In this document: piece by piece, positions 1 through 12,004 of the stretch
Layout: every line of letters begins with the position of its first letter
How positions within the stretch are numbered: position 1 is the first letter of the stretch
Source: Haplodiscus bocki
Lineage: Eukaryota
NCBI GenBank assembly: GCA_965655095.1
Contig: OZ296657.1
Location: 40,176,001 to 40,240,000, forward strand
DNA: 64,000 bases
Direction of reading: 5' to 3'
Notes under the pieces: generated by a model
What the model saw: the letters and a program-made list of their open reading frames with translations, nothing else
Database searches by the model: none
What the model was told of the DNA's origin: nothing
Translations under genes and position numbers: made by a program

Positions 1-2290
1 AGAATGATTTCGAAGGTTCAACCGGCACCTCCTCCTCTGGTATGACCTCCATAAGTTGCATATCGAAGAATTCTTGAATGAATGCGGTATACCTTTGCTT
101 CAACTTCCCATCTTGCTGGAACTTCCTTTCCAACGAACTGAAAATGTTGAGAGCCTTTGGTAAACTATGTCCCAACGATTTGCTATCTGGTTTGAATGAA
201 AGAATTACTACATACCTGCCATCTTTCTGACATGTAGTAGTCTCAATGGAGTGCCTTTCACACTCGTTTTCTTCCTCTGTAAGTACGGAAGCATAACGAA
301 CTTCTTCGATTTCCCAGAATTTTCTGAGCTGATCGTTGACATCTGGCTGTAGAACTTCAGCATGCATCGCTACTCCTTTACCTGGATGAGCGGATGAACT
401 GACGTACTTCCCTGTCACAACCCATCCAAAGACTGATTCGCGATAGAACAATTTTTCGGTCTCTTCAATTTTTTCAGCCGTCATGAGTCTTTCATAAAAC
501 GTCGTTCCCAATGAGAATGTCGATTGGACCGGGCTGATAAAATTTTGGATCTGCAAGTTTAAGACGTCTTGAACGCTTGAGTGCTTTAGGATCCAATGGT
601 GCGGAAGGTAGTTCCCTTGTGACCTTGTCTAGTACAAATGCTTCGACTGGTATGACACGATCATCACCAAGAAGATTGAAACTGACCTTGTATTTTGAGA
701 GTGTGCTCCCCGACGCACCTATGCCGAATATTTGCATGGAAGACCCCTCTTTCGCCAGTCCCAAAGTTTGTACGCATTGTTCTGTTATGCAGCTCAACTG
801 TGCTCCAGGGTCTAAGAATGCACGACACTTGATTTGTTCGTGGGATCCAGGTTTTTCTATTGATACCAACGCTGTGGCTAGAATAATTTGAGAATTTCCG
901 TTGATTCCCAGGTTGGATTGCGCATTTTCAGTTGATACTAATGCTGACTGATTGCTATTGACAGCTTTGGAGGATTGAGCCATTGCAACATGAGCTCTTT
1001 CATCACTCAGCCTTTCTAGGTGAATCAAGGAATGACGCTTTCCACGACAAGTTCGGCAAACTGACTTGCATGGGCATTGATTGATCATGTTAGACGATCG
1101 TGGACAATTGAAACACAGCTTCTTTTGCTTCAGCAAGTCGACTAGAGCGGCAACATCGATCTTGACAATTCTGTACCTTGTGATTTCCTTGGCAAATTTG
1201 GCAAATATTGGTCTCTGTGACACTTGCACCGTAGGCTTGACCACGTTCTGGTCCGGATTGAGTATGTCCGTGCCCTCTTCTAGCATTGGAGCCTTTACTT
1301 GCGCTTTGACGGTTTTCGTTTCTGCGGGGAGCACGCTTTTGAGTTTTGCAGAATTAGATTCTAGCGCACGATATCGCTCTGACGAAAAATCTGTCGTCTG
1401 TTGAATTGTTTGAAGATCATTGCCTGCATGAGCTAGTTCCCATGCCTTCCTTGATTCTGAGTTGAGCTTCTCACTGATGTGGTAGACTAGGATTCCATCC
1501 CATTGATGTACAGGCACACCAAATGTCTATAATGCTTGCATTTGTTCTCGAAATGTTTCAAGAAGACTTCGCATTTCTTGGGCTGTTTCAACCTTCATGA
1601 CTGGAACTTCCAGCATGGCTCTGATGTGGCTCCTAGCAATCAATCTAAGGTGGTTGGCATACCTTGTTTGAAGTGCGTTTCTGGCTCCCGCGTAATTTGC
1701 ATCTGTAATTGTCAAATGGTTGATAATTTTGGCTGTATCTCCATTCAACGATGCCTTAAGATATTGCAATCTCTGAGCATCTGTTAAGGTTTCGTTGTTG
1801 TGCACCGAGGCATTGAATGAATCCTGAAAGGAGTTCCATTGTAGATACTCTCCGGAAAATACTGGAATGTTAATTTTTGGTAATTTGAATCCTTGACGTG
1901 TTTGTCTTCTCTCATCTTGCATTGCCTGCGGAGCCTGATTGACGATAGCTATTGGTAGATCTGCTTCTGTGAGCAGTCTCGTGATCAAAAGGATCGTTTG
2001 CGTAATCGCATTGAGGTTCTCTGACGATTCTGCCACCTCTGCTTCCGATGCATCGTCGTCTTCGATCAGCATTTCAATCTCTTTGCCTAAATCTGCTACC
2101 AGGCTCCTCTTTGACTCAAGTGCTGTTTTCAAGCCAAATATTTCATTTCGCTGTGCTACTGTGAACTGAGCTGTCGGAACTGCTAAAATTTGCGCTGCTT
2201 TGTTTGTGTAACGTGATGCTACACATTTGTGCGAGGCACGTGAGCGTACTAGTCTCGTTTTCCTTTCGTGGTCTTCCTTTTCTGTGTAGA
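1..2290 (-). mobile_element. BEL/Pao LTR retrotransposon gag-protease region, disrupted; continues off the left edge
   Basis: ORF 1527..2132 has the BEL gag motif LPKINIPVFSGEYLQWNSFQDSFNASVHNNETLTDAQRLQYLKASL. After an in-frame TAG, same-frame ORF 492..1517 has zinc knuckles (CFNC...CRTCRGKRHSLIH) and an aspartic protease (RAFLDPGAQLSCIT, IDILIGND). Toward position 1 the minus strand reads SVFGWVVTG and LRKFWEIEE, typical of Pao pol upstream of RT. Upstream boundary approximate. Confidence 0.9.
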
Positions 2291-5200
2291 ACTAATTTCC
2301 AACAGGCAAATTGGAAGTAAGAAAGATTGGCTGAAGTTTGACTAAATAAGCACTGAGTGTCCGAGGTAAGGGCGGACCAAAGATAAGTTAGTTGATCTAA
2401 CGAGAAAACTGTGTTGAGAGATACAAAAACTAAATTGGGAAAAAAGACGTGAACAATTCAACTTGCTTCGATGGAAAAAACACCGCCAAAAAAAGTTGTG
2501 AACAAAACTGCCAGCTCCAACAAATCTGACAAACATGAAATGATTGGTTTTGCTGAAGTGATAATGAATGTGACTCAATTTAACATGGAATAAATGAATG
2601 AACTTTTCAGAAATCATAAAGACAAGTTATACAAACTAAAACTAACATCATACCTGAAAACACGCAAGTATTGGAATTATTTTTTTAATCTTTATAAAAT
2701 TATTAATGCAATATTTCAATAAAAAAGAATGTTGCATTCGCCAAGGTATTTGTGACAAGCTGTTTTTGATAGTTATTCGAAAAAGTCGAAGAAATTGGAA
2801 AAATCGTAACAATTAGGAGATTCTTTCGATACGTCTTTGCTTTTAATGATCTAAAAGTTGTTTTTTTAACGGCTAGTCGAACTTAAAATGCAACGGTCAT
2901 TGCAATGTTATTCGATTTTTCGATATTTTTGAATTTCTGAATAACAGATTGCTGGACGGATATTTTATAGTTCGACCATTGAAAAATTTGTATTGCATAA
3001 GATATTCAATAAATAGAACCCAATTCAATTTCGATAAAAACTCTTCAGATGTTCAGACATTTGACTACAATGCGTTCAGCAAATAAACGCTAGAAATCCC
3101 CGATGCAATACAAAAATCTTTGGAAAGATTTGGCAAGTATCAATTTGACTTCCAGTTCCAATGCAGCAACAGATAATCAACGTTCCCGTCATTACACCGT
3201 GGAAGAACTTCATCGGCATGATGTTCGTTGATGGTTGAGGTAAAAAGTCAGCCAGAGCTAAGGTCAAAAGTATTTTATTGGCAACAACGACCGTCTTTAG
3301 CTGAATCTTCAGGCGGAGGACTGGTCGATACTTCGTTTTGAGCCATTTGCAAAAAATAAACGATTGAGAAAACGAACAAATATTTTTAGTACAAGAAATG
3401 ATTGTTGTCTTGTCGTAGCCAAACGTGCAACGCTTCCCATGTTGCAGGTGTCGGAGCGATATACACTAGCCGACTAAACTAACCGTCAGTTCATTTGCAA
3501 AAAGACTCAACTTTCAAGTCCAACTTTTGTTGACATTTTTTTATTTCAGAAAAACCTTGTGATAGCAAAATAATATCATTACTAATGTCATTTTTAGTGA
3601 CTTATTTTTTGCCGAAACGAACCATTATTTTGAAAGTTACAAAACCCTATAGTTTGCGTTTTCGACCAATGTTTTTGACCAAAAACTTTCACATAACAGA
3701 AATAAAAACTTTACTGACGCTTTTTTGAAGCTATGCATCTCCTCGAAAAAGTTTGATTTTAAGGTAATTTCAAAACAGAGGCATTAAAGATGCTAGTCAT
3801 AAAGAATTTAAAATATAAAAAATGGACTGCAGAGAATTTAGCAAAAACTGACTGATAATATTGAAGAAGAGGAAAATAGAAAACGAATTCAAGAGAATAT
3901 TTGAATTCTTCACTACATGCACTTGAAAGAAAACGGAAAGTAAACCTTAGGGCAAGAGTATAAGCTATGAATTTGACAAAGAATCTTCAAAAGAGCCAAA
4001 CTAGCTCATTTCTCACGTTTCTTCTGGAAAACTGTCCAAAAAAAATCGATCCGCAAATAAACACAAAAAGTTGATAAATCGGAGATCCCTTAGAATGCCG
4101 ATGCAAAAACAGGATAATATGGAGACTTAGGTGCCAGCACAAACAACAAAAACTGGGAAAAAATCTTGAGCAGCAAAAAACTTGCTTGACTTTCAAGTTT
4201 TTTAAGCAATAAAACCTATCCAAAAAGCTAAAACACTGAATCAAATTCCAATACTTACTTTCTCGGAGTCTCATTGTTATGTTCATGCAGGATTTATGTC
4301 AATGCCGTCATAGTCCCAGGATATAGGAGTGAAACTTTGACAAAGTGCTTTCTCTTTACAATGGCCAAGTTTAGCTCAATTTGTAAGTTTTTGTCAAAAA
4401 TTTCGAACCACAACCAAAACGTTGACAATTTGCAGCTTTTTTGTTAGACCTACGCAGAATTTATGTAACATGGAGACTTCGATGCCACGGCAAACAACAA
4501 ACTTGACGAAGATCTTCGAAATGCAAACACTGCGTTGATTTTCTGAAGTAAGTTTCGGTGGCTTCTCTGTCAAAAAATTCCAACAGAGACCCAAGTTCAA
4601 ATTTTATTAGCTGGGAGTTTGCTTGTATAGTTTAGGTGAGATTTAAGTGACTTCATGTGCAATGATATAGGGCTTAATTTTGAGAAACGGTCCTCAAATG
4701 GCCAAACTTAACTCGACTCTCAAGTTTCGTTCGATATAACAGCCATGGAAAAATTTACAGAATATTAAGAAAATGTTGTATGACATAGGAACTTTTTACT
4801 TGGCGAAAATAATTATTTCTGTCGAAAACATTCGAAAGTAAAAAACTCAATTCAGTAGTCAGAGTATCTTTTTCTTCATCCTGATTTTGTCCATGACGCG
4901 CAGAATCATCTGCAGAAGAGTTGCTGTCTTGTATATTACACATGACACATGTTTAGGTGTCACCCAGGCTAAGAAGCCAAAGCTGGCGGCTTCGGATTCC
5001 GCTGTTTGCCATTTTTTTATTTTTAAATACTCGTCACCACATTTTGCGTTTTAATGGCAGAGAACAGGTTTTTCAACCAAAATTAGTGTTCTAGAAATGG
5101 GCTCTTTTTTCCAAAAACTATCCGTATTCCAAGGTAAAAGAAACAAGTCGTTATTTCTGGAAATTTTTCAAATAAATGAAGAAAAAAAGTTATCTTGCCA

Positions 5201-7393
5201 AAGAAACTAAAAGTGTTGCAAGTTGATAAATCCGTTGAAAAATTCAATTGAGGAGGTAGATAAGGTAACCTTGTTTCAGTTCTTAGGCATCAGGTTTGTT
5301 GACACCCATAGTTAGTCTTTTGGCGCTGAAAAAATACCACTTCACTTCGAAATACCTTCAGCTGGAACACATGGTTCTAAGATTCCCACACTCGGGGAAT
5401 ACCACAAAGCGCGATTGCTATTGAATGTCCTTGATTTTTCAACAATCTTTCTTCCAGAAATACAATAATCAATTATTCCAAGTAGGTCTGACTCAGAAGC
5501 CTCCTGATTGTACAATACCTTATTGAAAAACTGCTGTCTTTGTACCTTGCGTAAAAAACTTGATAGTCCGAAAAGTCCGAAAAGTGCTATCATTACTGAT
5601 TTATCTCGATGTTTAAACTCATTTTCTCAGCAAAAACTCGCATTATTTTTTCTGTCAAGGTCTCACTCCAAAGCCTCACACTTGTAGAGAAGGAATCGAT
5701 GGAAACGCCAAGGACTTTGATCTTTCCCTCAGACCTCTGATAATCCGAAAATCTTGCAATGAGCTATTAGTTTTGAAGGATTACGAAATACAAGCTATTT
5801 TTCTACCTAAATGCAGCTTAGTTTTCTTCAACGAGGTCTCGAAAGAGCGACCTTCTGTCGTACAGACACTGAGCTGTAGAGGATTCTTGGTTTTAAAAAC
5901 CATTGATTTGGTTTCTTGAATGGCAAACTCGATAGCTCGAAAATGCCAAGCAACTGCTATTAGTTTTGACAATTTTTATATAAATCCAGACAAAGTTCTA
6001 GATAACAATTGACATAAGTTCATGCATCAAAGTCTCAGTCTGAAGCCTCCGTTTTTGGTGGACTACTCCCTTGAAAGTTTATTAATTTTTTTCCCGTGTG
6101 TCGCAATCCCGATAGTCCTAGAACGCCTAAAAGAGTTTCATTTTCCATAAAGTCACCCAATTCAAACTCATGTTCATCTATAACAACAGGTTTAATTTAT
6201 TCCACCAAGGTCGCAATCAAAAAACCTACACTTTGAGGAGTATCGGGTTTGAAAACTTTCAATCCCGTTCTTGCATTGCAATAGCTGCAGTCCAATGACG
6301 CCAGCAGTATTTATTTTATGAAGTCGTCTCTTTCGAAGTCGTCTTTCTCCAAAAAAAATGGAATCGATTTCTTTCTTCAAGGTCTCAACATAAAGTATTG
6401 TTCTTTTGTTGGAATATTCACTTCGGAATCTTTTTCAACCGTGCAGTGGAGTGCTGACGAACCACAAATGACAGAAGGTTCTACTGGTCCTCACATGCCT
6501 CAAAGTTCGAACTCGAATTACGTCAGCTTTGTTTCATTTTTCTACCAAGTTGTCATTGAATAGCTTTTTCACGCCAACTGTTTGTTTCCGCAAAGCGTGT
6601 AATTTGTCCCTGACATCAAACTTGGAGTTTTGATTCACAAAAACTGCCAAAAGTACTCATAGTATTGAGATCTCTCGATTTTCCGACTCGTCCTTCTCGA
6701 AAACTAAAGATGTGATTTTTTCCATCAACGTAATAAATGATGAAAATAAATTTTTTTTATTTCTTGCGTGGAGCAATCTCTGATTTTGACCCCCAGATTG
6801 GAATGTTCATGGGTCGAAAATGCAAAATGGTCCATTTAAGCTTGTCATTTTGCTAATTTTCCTACTCATAGTTCCCTAAAGTTATAGGACTCATTTATTC
6901 CTACAAGGTCTCCGTCGCGATTTTTTTGTCCATAATGGGTTGTTTTTGAAAGAAGTTTTTGTATGATTGATCTTTCTTAATGGGCACATTGATGGAAGCA
7001 ATCGCAAATCGGTTGTGCCTCTTGTTGAGCTTTTTCAATTTGTTTCAACTTTTTTGCCAGAGAAAAATTTCCAAGACCAAATTGTTTGTTTGGTTTTTCA
7101 ACGCGAAATCATTGAAACGTCTGAAATTCGATCGAATTCTAGCTCCATATTGGGTTACTTCTTCAGCGTGTTAAGGTCTCATCAAAAGTCAAGCGTCACA
7201 TTTCACAAATTGTTTCCCATGTAGGTCATATTTGGGCGAGACCAAACATACCAATTTATACGAGATTAACGAAAGTTATCAAAAAATTTGGTTATAGTAG
7301 GATACGTTATACGACAGTTGAGCTACACGAACAAAATTTCAATCAAAAAATAATATACAATGCTTAAAACGTCTTCTTTGTGAGACGAGGAAT

Positions 7394-9696
7394 TGTCGTA
7401 TTTAGACTTCAGAGTAAACTGATCATTGTAATAGTTTGGCTTCAAACAAGTCTCTAGATCCTTTATCTTACTTTCGGTGCATTGCTGGCCTCGCGAACAA
7501 AGGTTGCCTAAGTTCAATAGCAACGATTTTGTGGGCGATGAATGAAAATTAGAAAATAAAATATTCATTTATTCAGTTCACAAAGGGAAATGAAATGCGC
7601 TCAAATGAATTGGCTTGCAAATGCACATAGTTGGGCGCTTAGTCATAGTGAGAGTAGGCGAAGAAATGGGAGTTAGCGAAATAGCAGCAGTCTAATCTCA
7701 CATAGAATGATTAAAGTTACAGTAGATGAATTCTTCAACAAAATCCAGTACTCCTTGTACAAGAGTTTTATCCCTTTAAGAATATCAGAGTCCAACACCA
7801 GCCAGAAAATCTCTCAACAAAATAAACGTCCCAAATTGAAAACAGAAATAAAATTGGATTTTCAAACTATTTGGTAGATGACAGAAATCGACGTTATCAA
7901 AAAACAGCTCATTGCATCACTAAAATTTTTTTTGGAACGAGGCATCATTTTTTCCAGAGGACTTATATGAATATTCAATGAAATTGTTGAAAAGTTTCAT
8001 CAATTTTGTCCAAAATTAAAAAAAACTGAAGTACCAAAAAACTTTCAGGGTATATCTGGAACGTATTTGAAACGAATTCAGTTTATGAGGGAGAAAGTAT
8101 TTCGGAGCTTTTGTTAAGGGCGAACAGTTTGAGTTTTGTTGTTTCTAGAACTGCTTTTCCTTTTTGTGGTTCTTATGAGATTTTTGTTCCCTAAAAACTT
8201 TTTCTCACCTTTGCGCTTAATCAATTTGTCTACGCTCAGTAACTAGCATTTCGCGCCAATTAGTTTGGGTCTTGTGGTTCCATTTTGTTCATTCAGCGCT
8301 CAAGACATCAAGATATTCCTATGGGTTGACATGGAATGCTCTTTTGCTTTTCGTCTATTTTTATGAACTTTGGTCACATGCGGTCCGCAGTGTACCGAGA
8401 CAGGTCTCTTGTTGTTCCTTCATCGATCAGATATCAAGATCTCAAGATCAAGCTGTGACTTCGAGCAAGAATTTTATAAGTATTTAGGCTTTCTAGAAAT
8501 TTGGGTTTTATCTAATCAGGTGTACCATGCCAAACAGGCTTCTTGGTTGTCTCTGATTTTGTCCATTTTTCTTCAACCGAGACTCTTGTCTACTGGATTT
8601 TACGGGAGGAAAGAATTATGGTCAGGCCAAAAACCTACTGAACTCGTGGATTCACAAGGAATTCACCAAAAAGCCCAAAAACTTACATTTTTTTGAACAA
8701 ATTTTCGTCGGGAAACTAGTAATATTTTACGTCAGGATTTATGCAAAAAGTGTTGAAATTGGCCAGAAACATAAACTATGTCTGGACTAACAAAAGTTCT
8801 GACTAACGATTTTCGCTGATGAAGTCGAGTGACCTGCGCGTTATTTCCGCGACTCTCCATTTATAAATCTCACATGCGATAAATTCAAATCGGGAGTTTG
8901 CGACAAGACAGGACACGAAATTGCTTTAGGAAAATTTTGTAGAATTGAACAAAATTTGAGGTTAAGATGAAAAGCAACTTTGTCTGAGGAAAAAACTTGT
9001 GTTATCGAAGAAAAATTTCAGCCACGGCAGAAAATAAAGTTGTCTGGAAAATTTCTTGTAGGAATTAAAGAAAAATTTCGGCCAAGGCAGAAAATGAAAT
9101 TGTCTAAGAACATTTGTGAAGGCATTGAAGTTGGTCTCAAAGTAAACTGTTAAGCCGGGGAAAAGAGGAGAAAGAATTTGGTTTTTGAATAAAGTTTTCC
9201 GCAGAGACGAAGAGGGAAGAGGAGTTGGACTTAGAACAATGGTCCAAGTAGGGAGAGAAGGAAAAAAGGGAACTACACTTCTAATTTGTCCTTGCCAGTA
9301 AAACAGAGAACTGTAAGTTTGACTGAAAATAATTTGTCCAAGTGAAAACGTGGAGAAGAGGAGAGCAAGTCAGAACAGGAACGAGGAGTCCGTCCGTTAG
9401 AGGGTAAAGAAAAATTTGATCCAGATGGTTGCGCAGATTAACTCCAAATTAACAACATGCTGCCAGAGCATTCGACCAATAGGAACCGTTTCGCACTAGG
9501 CATGTTAGCTGGAACCAATCAGAAAATAGCACTAGTTAGAAATTTCGTAAACGAACTTTGTGCAATTCCATTTGTTCATTGGTACCAGGGGATTTTTTGA
9601 TCCTTTTTGTTATTCCTCGCCGGCCTCCAGCCTCACCACTTCAAAAATTTAGCTATAATAGCTAAAAATTGTTTAAGTGTTACTTGTAAAGCGACA
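7394..9696. mobile_element. ~2.3 kb LTR (family A), probably the 3' LTR of the minus-strand Gypsy element to its right
   Basis: Termini TGTCG...GCGACA. Shares blocks (GGCCTCGCGAACAAAG, CAACCGAGACT, GAGCAAGTCAGAA, terminal TTTAAG(T/C)GTTA...GCGA) with 25025-28211 and, in part, 53918-56172. Flanks GAAT/CAAA do not form a TSD, unlike the two solo copies. Confidence 0.65.
8940..9125 (+). repeat. Three degenerate ~60-bp tandem units inside LTR A
   Basis: Repeated ...AAAATTT(C/G)...TTGTCT... at about 60-nt period on consecutive sequence lines. Confidence 0.7.
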
Positions 9697-9789
9697 CAAA
9701 ACGGTACCCATGAGGAGCTACAACTCACGCCTTTTACAGGGACGTCAAAAAGATTGGGCGGCTCTATGAAAAAGGGAAGATAAAGGAAG

Positions 9790-10420
9790 TTTGAGTTTGA
9801 GACTTTTGGCACAGGAAGGTCAGAGATCTCTTTCTCAGTAAGACTCGCACCACCAACTAGGAAGACTGCAGTTTCACAAAAAAGGTCAAAGTGGGGTATG
9901 AAGTTATGGACGATGATTGCAGAAACTCCTGTTTTTGCTAAAATGATGGGTTGTTTCTAGGCTGGTTCTTGATCAGGTCAAATTGTCTGTGTCCAGATGT
10001 ACAGTGGGTCCAGTGGGCCACGAATACCATGTGGTAGGAGTTTTGGGCAGGACCATCCGAGCAAGTTGTCGCTTTAACCTGGGGGAAGGTGAGTAGAATT
10101 AAAGCAGAATTCCCAGTCGCCGATCAAATACCACAAAGGGTAAAACTTGATGTCTAAATTGTAGTCATGAGGATGACTTCTGAAATTAGGACGTGCAAAA
10201 CTCATGACCGGTTCGATGAGTGGGTCAGATGATGGCCCAGACACTTTGGCGGAGTCGAACACGAATTTGAGCGAAGCGATCTTCCGAATTACTGTATCTG
10301 AGTTGCTGGGTTTGAACTGGCAAAACTTATTGTGAAAGAAGAAACATTGAGGATGGTACCCGTAAGTAACTGATGTGTCACTCGTTATTTCGTCCGAATA
10401 ACTTTTCAAGTTTGAAGAAT
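9790..10420 (-). pseudogene. TRAF-type MATH domain remnant (stops and frameshifts)
   Basis: Manual minus-strand translation: VIRKIASLKFVFDSAK...PNFRSHPHDYNLDIKFYP / CGI*SATGNSALILLTFP / PG*SDNLLGWSCPK...NFIPHFDLF...FLVGGAS. This is colinear with the TRAF-C consensus IWKI...SPxFYTxxxGYxxxxRxYxNG...GxYDxLLxWPF...FxPxxxL...YxxDD. Confidence 0.75.
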
Positions 10421-12004
10421 CTCGTGGTTATTCACTATAACGTCGTGGGAGAGTTGTCTTGGGTGCTAGACGTAGGCTCTGGATCAGTATTTGTGGTAAA
10501 GGCTGTTCTCACTCTTGGTGGTCACGCAGCATCTTGCGGGGTGAAATGAAAAATTGATGTGCAACCAGCAGAAGAAAGTATGAGGTCCGATGATATAAGG
10601 GTAGGGTTAGGTTTAATTGTGGAACTTACTGCTAAATTTCGAAAAAAAGTGCACGTTGACGGGATTTACACCAACATAAAAAACAGGAGGTGACGGAGAA
10701 GTGCAAAATTATTCTGCAGTTGGACGGCAATCAAATGCAGTTCTTTCAGGTTCAGTTGGTCGGACTTTAAGTGTTCCTGGATTTGTCCCATTCCTGTGTG
10801 AATGGCATGTAGGCAATCCGCTTGTTGATTCTGAAGTTTTTGAGGGTTGGAGTATTGGGGTTCCAGGGAGAAGTTCGAGAAGCTGCGGGTTGAGTCAAAA
10901 ACGACTCCTTGGGGCCATAGCATCAAAGTTGGGGGTTTGAGTGTTGGAAACAGAAGATAGTTCAGTCAGCGGAGACATTCCGCAAACTATTCGAAGGAGA
11001 GAGGGATTCAAAAATGCTAAATTGTCCAATGATTTACCAGGAACTGGGAGGGGGAAATCAGTTGGGGGAAAAAGACTGGTGCAAGAGGAGTCAAGGACAT
11101 AAGCCGGATAGAGCAGTGATAGCTTTGGCGTTTATGCAAGTCGTTGACAAAGTAGTGATGTGTTTTGAAGTGTGAACTCCTGGCGGCAATTATCCCACAC
11201 GACTAAAACCCATGATTAAAAATCTTGTTTCAGACTGTAATGCAGATGTTGGCTGAACCGAGGTTATTTTATCTTCCCTTTATGAAAATTGTAAAACTCG
11301 TGGCGATGTTGACCTCCAAGAGTGGAGTGATGAAGTCGAAGTTTGAAATGACCGTCTCAAGGAAGAAAAGTTTGAATGTCAGAGACAGGAGAATTGAAGT
11401 TGGGAGGTCTGGTTAGTTTGTAGAGAAACTGTCGTCGGGCGACAACATAGGAAGTTGTAAAGCATCTAGCCCGGAAGCAATAGCTTCTACTATATTGTCG
11501 GGTGGAGCAGGGTTAGAGCTTAATTTAGGTGGAGAAGAGACAGGGGAAGGAAAAGTAACAATTGGATTGATGGGGACATACAAGCCAGAAAGTTTAACCT
11601 CTTGCAAGTCTTCGTCAGGATCGGAAGCAACTGGGAGGCAATCGTCACATCGAAGAAAGATTGATTGCACGGTGACCTAGAAAAACAATTATAACAAATT
11701 TAAACGGGCGACATTGAAGTTACGGGTGAGTTTAACTGCGTTGGACTCATTACGGGCTAGAAATCCTCTTGTTTTTCCATACCATCCTATCTGAGCTCAC
11801 TCAGCTTTACCTCATTACATATGGTTTTTTCTTTCTCTTGCGCGGCAAAGGACGACGCGCAGTGATCATACAAGGGAGCTAAAACCGACATGAAAAAAAT
11901 GTTGTATAAGGCTCTTACCAAACATGAGCGCCGCTGCGTCAGTTTTTTTGATTATTTCGGAAGGGCGTAAAACCATTACCACTACATGTATGATAAGCTT
12001 GACA

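Noticed and set aside
2355-2380. PBS of the BEL element (minus-strand TGGTCCGCCC...)
   Set aside because: Not preceded by a CA LTR end, and I cannot match it to a tRNA
8815-8850. CTGATGA suggesting a hammerhead ribozyme in LTR A
   Set aside because: No correctly placed GAAA or stems, and the motif is not conserved in the other two copies
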